Positions 1 to 13,300 of a stretch of DNA of 64,000 nt are shown here, piece after piece (positions within the stretch are counted from its first letter, which is position 1; each line of letters opens with the position of its first letter). Source of the DNA: Psammoneis japonica (Eukaryota); NCBI GenBank assembly GCA_008632985.1, contig QPGO01000015.1, positions 621,998 through 685,997 on the forward strand. The letters run 5' to 3'. The notes below the pieces were generated by a model. That model had not been told where the DNA came from, did no database searches, and saw nothing but the letters and a program-made list of their open reading frames with translations. The position numbers and the translations under genes were made by a program.

Positions 1-2221
1 CATGCTTTAGAAACCAATGTGTTTGGGTTTTTGATGCAATGTGCCTCGTCCAGGATAACTGGTGAAACAACAACAACAAAAAAGATTGAGCTCAGAAAGC
101 CTTCTTCCTCGTGAAAGCAAGCATTTTCTTGGTTGCTACAAACCTCTGTTCCATGTATGCAAAAGAAGGCCCTGTCGTGTCGACTTTCCATTTCCCCCTT
201 TTCTGGAAGCGAGCTCACCCTGTACCATTCCGTCTTGAGATGGAAACATTCATTGAGTACAAGCATGCACTACAGATAGAACGAACAAAAGTAGTCAACA
301 ACACTTACAGGTCGTTACGACAACGTCGACACCAGAAGGGATTCCATTGCAAACACTGTCGCCGTAGTGGACACAATGTGATAAGGTGGTCTTTGTTGCT
401 AGCTCTTCCTCCCATTGAGCTACCAAAGACAAAGGAGCAACCACCAGGGTTGCACCTTGTTCTGGAGAGGCATCGCTCTCTTCCACTTGACAGCCTCCGT
501 TGGTGTCGTCGGAGTTTGTTGCGACAGCCGCAAATTCCTTGGATTTCAAAATCAACGACATCAACATCACCGTTTTACCCAGCCCCATGGAATCCGAGAG
601 AATTCCTCCAACGCATTGCTTCGGAGGATTTGGTGCACTGCCTGACGCAACCCCAAGAAGTTCATTAACCTAGTCGTCGGAAACGCAAAATCAATCATTG
701 AGTCGATAAGTGTGACGAAGGCCATGACAAGGTTGAGCAATAAAAACTTACATAGAACGAGATTGCATCACGCATGCCCTCCTTAGCAAGGAAGCGCCGT
801 CGCCATAAAGGGTGATTCACGGGATCGGGTTGTCCAGCAACGGTCGTGGATCGTCGGGCGGAAGATTCGGATACAAGAACTGGTCCACACTCGCACGCAA
901 TACCATCCGCAATCGTATGGCTTGGAAGGCTTGGAGACCGCTTCAGAGACTTACTGGCTAATTCGGAGAGGAGTTCCAGCTCATTCTCAAGTTCTTCTCG
1001 ATTCTCTTTGTCGCTCTCGCGTTGCATCATCCAATGGAGAGCCTGTTTCTGGTATGGCCTTAGTACGACACCGTTCTTCAACCCGACTGGGTCTGATGCC
1101 TCAGGCAATAACGAAGGAGAGTCGTTACTGCCTGAAAGAGACGGATCGACAACTTTTCGAGCCCATTCTGGTACCGGTGGCTCATCTTCTTTGCTTCCAG
1201 CAGCAGCTTCCTTGTCAAACTGATCCTCCTCGAGGACTGCATCTTCATCGCTATCCTCTGTATCCTCGACCCCTTTTGAGCCAATAGAGTCAGACTCATT
1301 TTCCGATTTTTTGGGAGGTTCAAAGTGAGGCACGTCACCATACTCTGCCCACTGAAGGAGCCCAAAGGCAGCTTCAGCAATAGGAAGCCTCAACTGGCTC
1401 CTTCTTTTCCCCTTGGACGCTTTCGAGGAATTGAAGAAGAGGTCAGCCGAGCTTGAATTGTGACTGCAAGTTTCAGATTCAAAAAGTCCGAAGAATGCCT
1501 CGGGGTCTTCAATGAATATACTCAAAGAGATAGGCACCTCGCCACCAATTGGGACACCCCGGTCTTCCATTAGAGCTTCGCATTTCATCGAGACAAGTGT
1601 GAGTTCAAACCGAAGAAGCGGGGACAGCATCGCGCAGAGATTCGTAGGAAGTGTTCCCTCAATGCTCCGCCCCCTGAAACGAACCATTGGAGGTCCAGAA
1701 GTTGAGCTCGTAAGCGAGAGTGCCTCCTTGTGGTTGACTCCGCCGTGTTTAGATGTGCTCAGTCCAACCAGCCACCGCTGACACAACAGCAAATGTTGTC
1801 CTTGCCCTCCATCATCTAGAATAATTGTATCAGAGTTCTTGGACGCTTCTCTATCAGCCGACGAGGAAGGAATCGTGCGTTTCTTCTTGGCGGCGGGCAC
1901 TGAGGTTGTTGGCACTGACGACGCAGATGCCGCAGCAGCTGATGATGATGAAGACGAATTTGCGGAGGAGAAGAAGTTGTTCTTGATTCCGTTTTTTGGC
2001 GACGCCTTGTACTGACCAGTCATGAGACGTTCTGCGGCTAGTTCCACGTTGTATGCACATTGTCGTAAGCACGAGGAGAGATCTGCCTCTTCAAACTCCG
2101 ACTCCGGGACGAAATTCCTCAACAGATTCAGTTTGGTCAAGAACGATGCATCCTTCTTAACAAAGCCTTCGTTCTTATGGATGCTCTTACGCTTTTTCGA
2201 CGACGCAGAATTACGTGCCAT
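1..2221 (-). CDS. RAD5: RAD5/SMARCA3-like SNF2-family DNA helicase (multi-exon, 3' end outside the window)
   Basis: ORF 695-2281 has a HIRAN-like region and LRPYQKQALHWM. Downstream exons give MGLGKTVM, TLVVAPLSLVAQWEEEL and ILDEAHCIKN (SNF2 motifs I, Ia, II). Start placed at MARNSASSK. Confidence 0.8.
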
Positions 2222-3862
2222 GACGACGATAACAAACAGGATTGGTTCAGAGGGTATCGCCGCTCGCCATTGCCAAACCAAAACAATAAAATCAAAGTCA
2301 GAAGCACAAACTTGGAACTGCCGCCATCATAACGCGCAGCCCGGCACGCGCGCGATCAGGTAGAAGGACAGACAGAGAAAAAATGGCGCGAAACAAGATG
2401 CGCGCTCTGCGCGCCGAACGCCGAGAACATGCCGGATGCTGTTTTGGAGTTTTGGAGTTTGAGTTTCCGCGTCTGCGTTTGGATTCTTTTGATGCTGTAC
2501 GGTATGCTGTTGATGTGTCAATCGTCGCGGTATGGTAGGCACAGCAGTATTGTGTCTGTTGCCATGACGCTCCATCAATTATAAGAAAGAGATTCTTTGG
2601 CGTCTAAATGATCGCTTTCCAGTCACCATTCTGCTGAGTCAGAGGTTTCTATGATTTTTGTGAAGAACAACGGAATGGAAGAGAAAACCACGTCTCCTGC
2701 TCGGGCGAAATTGCTGTTTCTTATCAAAGTCATGTTACGTTGATTAGCTGTTTTTCGAATCAAATAGTTAAAAGGTGCTTGACTTTGTTATTCAGTGTCA
2801 AGGTCGAATCAATTCGCTCGGTGGATATGGTGGAGTCTTTGCATCTCAAACCTCAAACGGTGTATGTTGAGTTTTAGAAAGACACCATTGCATGGATCAA
2901 ACCGTCGGATTGTTATCTGCGTCGCTCCTGGCGTTTCGTTGCAAAAGACAAAGTTCAGAAGCGGATATGTAGATAGACGATAGACGCAGGTTCGCACCCT
3001 GAAGACTCTCAAGGTCTCCGAAGAAGTTAATTGGAGACCATGAAACGAGGATTGGCTTTTGCAGCAACGAGATAATTATGATTGAAAAGGGGGAGAACGA
3101 ATTTTCTTCCAGAGCCCCCGAATGAGACTGGCAAATCGATATCTATTCCAGCTGCTCCGCCACAGGAATCTCGGATTCATATCATATCATCATTTCATGT
3201 TGTTAACGAAAGCCTTGTACATGAGAAGAGAACTGCTGTGGCTGGGCATTAGGAAGGAGTCCTGTGACCACGAAGCTACCCCGGTCGGGAGTGGGGAGGG
3301 GGATTAATGAGCGACAGCAGAGCACTTCTGGCGTGGGAAAATCTTGTCACATAAGGTGGAAGCTGTCAACGGCCCTAAATAAGTTGACGATGACGCAGTG
3401 TCTCCATACATGGGCGGCAAGTGCCAGCTGACTTGCTATTCAACTCCTGCAATACCGGAAGTTGGAAGATAAGCACAGGCTTCATCGAAGCACTGGGGAA
3501 AACCTTAGCACAGGTTCCAAGAGAAAAGTGATAGGAGTAAGACCCGAGTCTTCGAATACAGGTACCCATAGGAAACATAGGTGGCAACAATCATTCCACA
3601 ACCCCCGTCGAAATCTACATTATTGTACATAATGATAATAACTATGTTTGCATCAACGAAATGGCTTCTAAGAAAATTGTTCTACGAGCAACTACGAGAT
3701 TGAACAGGCCAAAGTAGTACTGTACGCAGAAGGCAGGCCCAAAGTGCTTGTACGAGTGTGAGGGCCGTCAACTAGCATTGATTCTGCCTGACACAAAAAG
3801 CGCGCTGCTTTGGTTTGAAAAGACTGTTTTGTTAAAAAAGAAGGTAGCACACCCATTATAGC

Positions 3863-4569
3863 CTAGAAAGATGGAAATTCAATGGAAGGAAGAGACGGAA
3901 GTGGAATGGAAGGAAGCGACGGAAGAGAAACGAATCCATCCACAACAAGGTTTGACTAAAGCTGAAGAACCTGCAATCGACACAAGCACCCAAGAAACAC
4001 AATCTCCTTTGGAGAAGGTGAAAAGGGTGCCACCAGCCTCGCGACATAACTAGCACCGAGAAATGCGGACACACCAGTAGCAATCTCTAGCCCAAGTGAC
4101 ACTGACGCAGGGTCGCCAGAAGTTACCATGGGCCCACTAACGCCCACCAGAATAGCTGCAGCCACAGCGGCAGGTGCAAGAACTTTGGCATGATCGAGTG
4201 AAGGCGCCTGCACAAAAGACCAAATAGCTTCGCCAACACATACGATTGCAAGTCCGTAGGTTTCTTGGCCAGCAACAAGTGCGATAGTATCAAGTCCGGG
4301 TACCTCGCTAGACAAAGGCGGGAGTTCGCCATCGGGACCAATTACGGATGGAGCTGCTTTACGACAGATTCCACAGCATCGCCGATAGGTGTATCGCTCA
4401 ATCCACCGTCACTTGCTGTATCAACAATTACGCTCTCTTCGGCTGCAAAAACGGTCGCTTCTCTCGTAAACAGTTGCGTTCGAGATGAAGCAGGGGCAAA
4501 TGCGAAAGAGCTTGAAAAGGTCAAGGAGGCCAGAATGGCGGCAACCATCTTTCTCATTACAGAACGCAT
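3863..4569 (-). CDS. Putative plastid-targeted membrane protein (apparent single-base indels)
   Basis: Signal peptide plus SFAF motif, followed by hydrophobic helices. ORFs 4342-4569, 3956-4315 and 3856-4083 join if single bases are added at short homopolymers. Confidence 0.6.
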
Positions 4570-5131
4570 GTTTCGTCTTGAAGGCTTGATTCGTCAATCT
4601 CCCTTGTCTAAAGTGCGACAAGGACGACAGCAGATTTCAGATTGGTCTTCAACCAAAAAAATGAGGTGAATGTTGGTGAATGTGGCGAATGTTGGCATTG
4701 AGCATCGTCAGCGAGGTGCACCACTGCACCACCGACCGACCAACGACCGACCGACCGATCGATCAATGGAGCGCGAAAAATAACGAGCCGCGCGCGCGAA
4801 TTCAGATACGAATCGAATAAATCGAGTCCTGCACGTCCATCCATCGCCCGTTTCGAGCAACTTGAAACTTCTACTGACTTTGAGCTCATCACTCTAATAG
4901 TCTAGATCTTACGGCACGGTACACTCTGCAACGCTTCTCTTTCTCTCTCTAGCTAGCTAGAGTAGAGAGTAGACTCCACTAGCTAGAAGTAGGTATACTG
5001 TACGGTAGCTACTGGCAATGCATAGAGAGAGCAGGTCTACTGCATGAATACTGTACAGTACTGTAGCAAGGGCAAGAAGGTAATTGCTAGAGTACCGGTA
5101 TAATAGATCCTCCGTATTACAAACTATCGAT

Positions 5132-6034
5132 TCACTCTAGCTTTTTGGAACGGAATTGTTCGACAGTCTGCAACCTGGAGCATACCAGAAAGTACAAAAT
5201 GTACGAGAACGCCATGAATCCATCGTATACGACGTGCCCATAATCACGCAGAAGTGGGCTGGTCGCACAACTTGTGCCTTCTAACCAAGAAAAGGCAGTG
5301 CTAGGGATCACTGTCATTATAGGCCAGAGAGCATATTCAACACCTTTCTGGTCGGTGGGAACAAAGAGTAATTGATCAAAACTCAGACCAGCAAAAAGAA
5401 CCATCTGTGTATAGGCAAATCCAAATCTTGATGGAATGTAAAGTGCAACGAGCTGAATCAAGAAAGCGACGAGAGCCAGCTGATTCCGAGAAGCGTGTAT
5501 CATGTAAGTCTTGACGAGAGGGATCCAAAACAAGATATACGCACTAGCCACTTGGAAAAGGAACAACCAAATGCTCTCCGACCGACCGATGTCCATTCCA
5601 GACATGTCATTCTCTGGATACAGGCCTCGCATCTTCATTTGTGATATTAAAATGTGGCCACAGCCATGACCAATTGCACCAATGAGAGCCCAGAAAGCCA
5701 GAGTCCTTGCCATACGGATCCCGTCTTTGTCTTTCTCGGTAGGGGTAATGCTACTTTGTACTCTTGGTGGGTCTTTATACCACCGAAGAATTGCAAGACC
5801 AAGAAAGGCGATAGATATTATAGTGTACGCGCTTAAATCGTGGGTGGTCAGATAAGGCACTTCTTTCTGAGGGAGACAGAATCCTTCTTGAAGCCATGCT
5901 TTGTCGAACACGGTGTCGTCTCGGTTCCATAGAAATAAGCTTGTTCCATAGGCTGCAATTCCGTGGATGTTAACCACATGGAATATATCACCAAAGAGCC
6001 GCGATGCTTCCACTCTTCCTTTTTGCTTCGGCAT
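5132..6034 (-). CDS. Hypothetical multi-pass membrane protein
   Basis: Intact 300-aa ORF with several hydrophobic segments and conserved-looking His residues (GHGCGH, YGHVVYD). Confidence 0.7.
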   Translation of the reverse strand: MPKQKGRVEASRLFGDIFHVVNIHGIAAYGTSLFLWNRDDTVFDKAWLQEGFCLPQKEVPYLTTHDLSAYTIISIAFLGLAILRWYKDPPRVQSSITPTEKDKDGIRMARTLAFWALIGAIGHGCGHILISQMKMRGLYPENDMSGMDIGRSESIWLFLFQVASAYILFWIPLVKTYMIHASRNQLALVAFLIQLVALYIPSRFGFAYTQMVLFAGLSFDQLLFVPTDQKGVEYALWPIMTVIPSTAFSWLEGTSCATSPLLRDYGHVVYDGFMAFSYILYFLVCSRLQTVEQFRSKKLE

Positions 6035-6358
6035 AATACAAGTATGATAGAATTTGGAGCAGTCGCATGGATACCGGTAAAGTTACAGTACAAAGTTACT
6101 CCTACTCTCTCTAGAAGTTAGAGTCACAACGCGAGAAACGAGATCTTGTGCGTTGTCGTGCAGAAGTGCGGAAACACCAAAGAATCCAGTACTCAGCTTC
6201 CGTAGATTTCTACACAAAAACCTGAGTCAGACCGACGGTCACCAATCCAAATCGAAAATCGAAGATACATTAGTAGGGTCTCTAGTACGGGAAGACAGGA
6301 GACAGGCATCAGAACTGTAACTTAGCATAGCAACAACTTGTAACTTATCGTTTGCTTC

Positions 6359-7477
6359 TTACGGTGGTATGGTGCCATCTCCACCTGGCTGGGTTGAGTC
6401 TCCCGTCATTTTTGGGTAAGAGCGACTCCATAGTTCATTCAGCATGTGCATACACGCCCCGTTGTTAGCGACCCAAACGAGAAACTTTGCTGCCTGTGTT
6501 GGTGTCAGAATAGCCCTCACATTGTTGAATTCCGTTTCCAAATCTTCCCCACATTGGATCAATCGGGATCTGAGTTCGTCCAACACAGCTAGAGACTTTG
6601 CCAAGGTTTGATCCAAGTCCTGTGCAACCCAACGACTGTCCTTCAATGCAACGGCTTGTTCCGGCGTGACATCCAAGTAATTGACAAGATACTGAAACAT
6701 AGCTTTCGGGTCTAAAGCAGGATTTGAGGGATCTAACGCAAGGACGGGGTCGATTGACGTATCGGCAGAACCAGCAGATGCCGTGGATGTCGGCGAAACA
6801 GGCTGTCCAGCTGGTGGAAAAACTGCGACGGCACTCGGAGGTAGCGTAGCTGCGGGTTGCGACGCAGCAGGTGTTGACCCTCCATGCAAGGCCGTCATTG
6901 CTACAGAAGTAGTTTGTGTTGGCATCAATAGCCTTTCCACGTTACGCATATGAAACTCCATAGCAGAACGGCGGTCCCTTCCATAGTCGGCAAATTTTTC
7001 TTTGAATTCCTCGATTGTCGCGTAAATCTCAGTCTCGGATGCCCCGCTCTTGAGGGATTCATTAATCACTGCAGTTAGCTTCTCTTGCTCTTTTTGCATA
7101 GACTCTTCCGCCTCTTCCCCGATCTGAAGCTGAAGTCGGAGCTTGAGGTTTTCTCCCTCCAGTACATTGATTTCCCGTTCTAGATTCTCGGTCGCCTCTC
7201 GCTTTCTCCGTCTGCATTCTCGCGCACTTAGCCGATTCTTCTCTAGTCGTCGCAGCTTCTTTTCGCTCAGTTGCTCGCCATCTCTATCCGTTGTTTTGAG
7301 GGGACGCTTGTTTCCTGATTCCGTGGGAGACTGTTTCGGTATCAATCCTTCTGCGGCTCCTGAAGATGTGGAGGAAGGTGCCGGTTCTGGCTGTGGCTGA
7401 GCGTGCGGCAACAACACGGCCGCTTGGGGTTTCTTGGCTACTTCGACCACACTTGAAGAAATCGGCGCTTCGCTCAT
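6359..7477 (-). CDS. bZIP transcription factor
   Basis: Basic region KKLRRLEKNRLSARECRRRKRE followed by a leucine zipper; C-terminal helical domain LTPTQAAKFLVWV. Confidence 0.9.
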   Translation of the reverse strand: MSEAPISSSVVEVAKKPQAAVLLPHAQPQPEPAPSSTSSGAAEGLIPKQSPTESGNKRPLKTTDRDGEQLSEKKLRRLEKNRLSARECRRRKREATENLEREINVLEGENLKLRLQLQIGEEAEESMQKEQEKLTAVINESLKSGASETEIYATIEEFKEKFADYGRDRRSAMEFHMRNVERLLMPTQTTSVAMTALHGGSTPAASQPAATLPPSAVAVFPPAGQPVSPTSTASAGSADTSIDPVLALDPSNPALDPKAMFQYLVNYLDVTPEQAVALKDSRWVAQDLDQTLAKSLAVLDELRSRLIQCGEDLETEFNNVRAILTPTQAAKFLVWVANNGACMHMLNELWSRSYPKMTGDSTQPGGDGTIPP

Positions 7478-7750
7478 CGTTTCTATTCAATTATGTTAAC
7501 CCGAACAAGGTGATGGTGCAAGCGCTGGACTACGAATGTGAATGGGAAGAATCACTTACCCCTCTTGGGATTTTCACTCGTCGGTCGTCGGCGTTGCGGT
7601 TCTTTCTTGCTGTCTTTGTGTCTTTGCTCGCTTCCTGCCTTTCTCGCATGCGTGGCGCGTTGTTTCTCATTGGCCGCAAACTCTGGTACAAATTGTACAG
7701 GGTTACTTCGTATGTAAGAAGGTGTATTGGAACTACGTAGTTAAATCACG

Positions 7751-7760
7751 ATGACGTCAT
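7751..7760. promoter_or_regulatory. Perfect CRE/ATF-type palindrome ATGACGTCAT
   Basis: Lies in the divergent intergenic region between the bZIP and oxygenase genes; a CCAAT box is on the minus strand near 7670. Confidence 0.45.
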
Positions 7761-8034
7761 GCGCATGTCAGTTGGAATAACTCGCGCGCCAAAAATATCC
7801 TCGCAAAATCTGTCTGTGCGCCTGTTGCGTCGCATGTCGCATGGAGGGAGACGGTTTTGAGTTTCGGAGTTGGATTGGAGGTTTGGGTTGGCGGCAAAGG
7901 TCGTCGAGTCGCAGAGTTGCATTGCAGGGCCATTCATCTCACAAAGATTTTCTGAAGCGCTCCTGTGAAATCATAGCCTGAAGAGAAGCGTTTCTGCAAG
8001 AAGCTTGCTCCCATAGATATAGCATCATTGAATC

Positions 8035-9268
8035 ATGTCTGAAAAGGTCGTCACAATATCATACCGTGAACTTGTCGGTTTTCAGGAGAACCCAAGCACG
8101 CAGACTGACCTTTTAGAGAAGGTTGGACGAGCGTTTGGTGACGGTGATGACTGCCTAGGTATTTTGGCAGTGACGGACGTTCCCAATCTGAATAATTTGC
8201 GCCGAAACCTCTGCCACTAGGACGTCAGTTGGCGTTGTTGCCCAAGGCAGATTTGGAAGTCGTAACCATTGAGTCGTCCGGGTACCAAGTAGGCTGGTCT
8301 CACGGGAAGGAAAAATTATCGGGGGACAAATTTGACACTGCTAAGGGATCGTTTTATGCCAATCCTTTGACGGATGATTTGCTCAAGTCCACAAAGAATG
8401 CCGACGACGAGTCAATCAAGAAAATCGCACACGACAATCCTGGAGTGTTTGCGCCCAATGTGTGGCCTTCTCAGTCTCTACCAACATTGGAGACAGCCTT
8501 CAAGGAGCTTGGGCAGCTTGTAGTGCATGTCGGGCGATTAGTAGCTCGCCCCTGTGATGCATATGTGTCGACAAAGGTGGGATAAGCGTCTTTCAATTGT
8601 TGTTGACAAGTAGTTTCATGGCAGAATACTGACTCTCTTCTGTTTTGTGGTTCGCATTATAGTGTGAAGGATACCCCAAGGGAAAGCTCGAGTCAGTCGT
8701 TACTGACTCGATGTACTGTAAAGGTCGTCTTCTGCATTACTTTGCGTTGGACGATGACACTGAAAACGAAAAGACGTCGGCAGAAGGCGATGGGATGAAT
8801 TGGTGTGGATGGCATAATGATCATTGCTCGCTAACTGGATTGGTTCCTGCCATGTTTTTGGACGAGGCGGGCAATGAAGTTGTTTGTCCCGACAAGGATG
8901 CTGGGTTGTATATCAAGTCGCGTAAGGGGAAGCTAGTTCATGTTCAACTACCTCCAGACTCGCTCGGATTTCAGATTGGTGAAACCTCTCAGATACATAC
9001 GGGTGGTGTCTTGCAAGCCACACCGCATGCCGTACGAGGCGCGAAGACCCGTGATGAAACACGGATTACACGAGAATCCTTTGCCGTCTTCATGCAACCA
9101 GAGTTCTTTGGTGACATGGCGATTCCCAAGGGAAGGACTGTAGCAGATACGCAGCGGAGAGAGGCCGAAAGGCATTTACCGGAAACGGTACGAACCTTGA
9201 GGTCGAGGTGGAAACCAGGCATGAACTTTGGGGAATTCTCGGCGGCTACATTCTCAGCCTTCTACTAA
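8035..9268 (+). CDS. 2-oxoglutarate/Fe(II)-dependent oxygenase (IPNS-like)
   Basis: Motifs GWSHGKE, RLLHY, WCGWHNDH and ATPHAV...RESFAVF. Intron about 8576-8662; apparent 1-bp frameshift near 8211. Confidence 0.85.
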
Positions 9269-9346
9269 ACAGTCTGACATCGGCAAATCCATTTAGGCAT
9301 GTAGTATTACATTAATCGCACAAAGCCCACTCTATGAATAGATTTC

Positions 9347-9952
9347 TCATTTATCGATAGTGCGATCGTGTTTGATGGTGCTTGGAGCCCTTCCAAAGTC
9401 CGGTGGAAGATCTGTTTCGGGGACTAGCCCCCCAGTGTTCATGGCTGCTATTCGAATCATTGCCATGTGATGAATAGCGTGGTGAGCAGCGAATCCTAGC
9501 TCACGAGCGATGGTGCTAGGCAGCCCGAACTCATCATTTTCGTCTGCAGTGAGGAAAAAGCTTGCTTTCACTGGATGTGTGAGGAGGCTGGTATCGTCCA
9601 CGTTTTTCCCCGACAGCTCTTGAAACACCCGTTCAACGGACTCGATTCTCTCACGAGCGAGATCCATATCGTGTTCTAGCGACCCCCCTCGTACTCTCAA
9701 GTCGTAATGAATGTTGGTGCTTTCATCCTCATTTTCTCCATAGTTCGACGCAACGAGCGCAGCCAGTTCCATGTGATCCATTGAGTGTCTGATGTGTGCT
9801 CCCATTGAAGCTCCAATGGAAGGGCACTTCGACCTGTACAGTTCCCGTGCCTTACTTGCACCATGTCTGCCGGTCAATGCGTCCATCAGAGCAAGCTTTT
9901 GGGAAAGGATGCCGACATTGGCACGACACAACGACGACAGCATCAACGACAT
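9347..9952 (-). CDS. DinB/YfiT-like metal-binding protein
   Basis: Motifs SMGAHIRHSMDH, YDLRVRG, RELGFAAHHAIHH and FGRAPST. Confidence 0.75.
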   Translation of the reverse strand: MSLMLSSLCRANVGILSQKLALMDALTGRHGASKARELYRSKCPSIGASMGAHIRHSMDHMELAALVASNYGENEDESTNIHYDLRVRGGSLEHDMDLARERIESVERVFQELSGKNVDDTSLLTHPVKASFFLTADENDEFGLPSTIARELGFAAHHAIHHMAMIRIAAMNTGGLVPETDLPPDFGRAPSTIKHDRTIDK

Positions 9953-10310
9953 GATTGACTTGGGTTTCCGATGCCGTGTGAACCTTAAAAGTGTGAATGA
10001 GACGACGACTCTAGTTTTGTTGCGTTCTTGCTTCCGTGCACGTGCACGCGCCCCGTGCGTGCATTCTTGCGAGGTTAGGTTGAAGGTGTGAGCTTCACTC
10101 ACTCACTTTCTGCAACAAGCAAGAGTACCATACTCTCGGAGTGCTAACTGTAGGGCGGGCCCTACTACTAGCTACAGTAGCTAGAGTGAGTTTAGTAGCT
10201 AGAGGGCCAAAGGGACAAGCGATGCCACCGTACCAAGGAAAATAGCTGTAAACCCTATTCCTATTTTACTCCGCATTGCAAATGATTGAATCTCTTCTCA
10301 TACAACAAAT

Positions 10311-13300
10311 CTAGATGCTGCCCATTAGGAGATCGTCAACAGATGACCCATGCTGATCCAACGGCAGCGAGTCGGCCGAAGCAAAGGCCAGCTGAGAAGC
10401 AACCTTCATCCTAACGACACTCGACTGATCATCTACGATTGAAATTCCAGCCTTCAGTGCCTGGAGCTGCAATATTACAAACGACATGGTAGATATCGCT
10501 CCCGAGAGAAACGAAGAGAGGGGTAAAACTCTGTAGCCAGGATACATTCGAAAGCTGCGTGAACGGCTAATTCGCTCGTTCGTCCTGTATTCGTGCAATC
10601 TTGCTTGAACCTGGGTAGCTTCCTCAAGAAGCTGCGCTGCACTATCAATAGTGGCTTTGCCTTCAGTTCGAACCAGCCGCTGTACCTCAATGGAAAGGCG
10701 GTGGAGGTCGAAAGCAGCCGAAGCCAATGTGCCTTCCTCCGATCCAAAGAGCTCGAGAAGTGCCGTACTTTCTCCCTTTGAAGGAACAAACAGCAACTTC
10801 GATAGCATCAACTCTTCGAAGGCCTTTCTTGCCAAATCTGGCGAACATTTCGAAGAGTGCGTAACGTAACCATGAATGTCGCCTACGTATCCACATCTCT
10901 CAGAGAGTGCCTCTTCGAACCAAGAAGAAGGAAGCCCCACCGCCTGCTCTAGAAATGAGCGTCGACTGCTGGCCAACGAGTCGTCACTACGAAAGTGCTG
11001 TAGAACGACATTCTTTGCCATAATTTTCCGCCATTCCAACTCGTCTGCGGACGCATCATCCGTCAAACACAAGTATACGTATGATGCCCATTCCCACAAT
11101 CCAGCGTCAACAAGTTGTGCAGCGTAGCTGTTGAGAAGATGACCTTTCTCGAACGAGCTTAATGGAAAACAGCTCCCAACGATGATACGACCGCCGCCAA
11201 ATGAAAAGCATGAGAGTAGTTGTGTCGCGCAGTTGTGTAACCTGCCGGGGATATAATCTCGGACAGTGATCTGGGAAGACTGCCCCCCCTTCCCTCACCA
11301 TCGACATAAAGATGCAATATCCGGTACAGTAAAGAAAGGTCTTGGTTCGAACCATTATTCGCGTAGCGAGGTGATGGATAGGGTGCCAGCTCAGATGAAA
11401 CGTCAGTATCATACGCGCGGATGACGCTTGATATCGAGTGCTGCTCTGCGATGTCGGCGTGGCCGTAAAACAGCAGTACAGCGAGCCGCCGTCTCCAATC
11501 AAGAGAAACTGAAGGCGCCGAGTCACCAGCCTCCGAATACAGTTTTTGTTCGATTTCTAGGTCGCCGCCAAGCAATGTATAGATACGAAGCAGTGACTGA
11601 GGAATATGGCTCGACGCGCCACTTTCGCGCCATCGCTGAACCTGTTCGTGAATGTGTTTTCTTCCTTCAAATCCAGCGCACATCACGGTCGACAAATGAC
11701 TGTACCCGTTCTCTGCGGCAATTTGGGACGCTTGTGAGATGTCTCCACCACTCAACGCAGCTAATATGGCAGAATGAACGTCATTCGTTTCCCCTGCGCT
11801 TCGGATATCAGATCGAACATCCTCTGCACACGCCACTTTAAGCCAATTTTCAAACGCTTGCACTCGACGTCGAGAAAAAGAACTAGAATCTTCCTCAATC
11901 GCTGTCTTTTCCACCCCATAAAGAGCAAGGAGTAGAGAAAACGCACATGCTACATCCTGCGATTGCTGTTCCTCGTTGAGCACACCGAAACTTCCACCTC
12001 CAGCGGACTGGGAGTAGTCTTCAAGGGCATTGCACCATTCAGCATGAGTGGACGGTGTGCCAAGAGGTGAATCGGCCGTCTTCGGGAGAGAAAAGAATGG
12101 GCATCCATTGCTCGATGTACTCGCTCTCGACGAATGGCGAAGGTGTGTTTCAAGATTGGATCTACCGACGTCACCGTCCACTTTTCCATCAGAGAACATA
12201 GGGCGTCCCATGACAAGGGTGCCAACACGGTTTCCTTCTCTTGACGCAGGTCGCAATTGCAGAAACGATCCATCAGGTCTCCATCCTACTCTAAAAGATC
12301 GACCCATACGCATTCCGTAATCTGTGCTCGATCCGGTCTCAGACTTCAGAGCTGATTTGTTCAACAGTTTGGCAACAATACCTGTCTCCGATGACACAAA
12401 CGGAATGTCCTTCGGGGGATCACATTCTTCTGGTTGCTCCGACACGATTTCAGACCAGCCTTCTTCCGGAAAGTCTTCAATATCGCTTTCTTCGGTCACC
12501 ATATCATCCTTCGCACGTGCTTGATACGTGTTAGAATCAACAACCGCATCATTCACGTCCATTTCTACAAACATCGCGTAAGCATCTTCCGCTGCTCGGA
12601 GGATCTTGGACTCCGGAGACTCCGCGTCGCTTATCAGTGGTCCCACGTCCTCGTCGCTCTTATCGAGAACTTCGGCTTCGTCCTCTTCAGCTACATCCAT
12701 TGAATCCTGTCCTGCTTCCTTCCGCGTTCCCGGGGAGAGCCCTCCGCGCTCCCCTGACTCAAAATCCACCCCTGTTACTTCGTCAGGAACGGAGTCCTCA
12801 TCTGAATCACTGTCATCATCAAAGGCATATCGACTAAAGTGCTGTACCCGAAACTTCCATTCTCCGTTGGCTGGATTGTACGAGATATGTTCCGCTCTGA
12901 TCTTTCTCGCCTTTTTCTGCAACTTCCTGCGGAACTTTTCCATTATTGCCGGTCCGGCGGTCCGTCCTTCCGGAGGAAACAAATCGTACATTGTAATAAC
13001 GGCGGGCCTATTCAACTTTGACCCAACCGGAGGCTTTGTGTGCGACAACTGCTGTGCTTCGTAAACCTCAACCACACGCGGATCAATCGTAATGACAGAA
13101 TCAAGATCCACCCCACGAACGTCGACGGCCCCATCCCACACGACGTTGCCATATTTTCCTCTTGACACTGTAAATCCAGTCACGGCAGCCAGGTCTGCTT
13201 CTGACATAAGGGACAACTCTTCCATTGAAGGCGACGTGGAATAACCCTCGTTTGTGAGTTTCGGACGGAAATCGGCGCTGGTCGTCGGTGTCGTTGCTTC

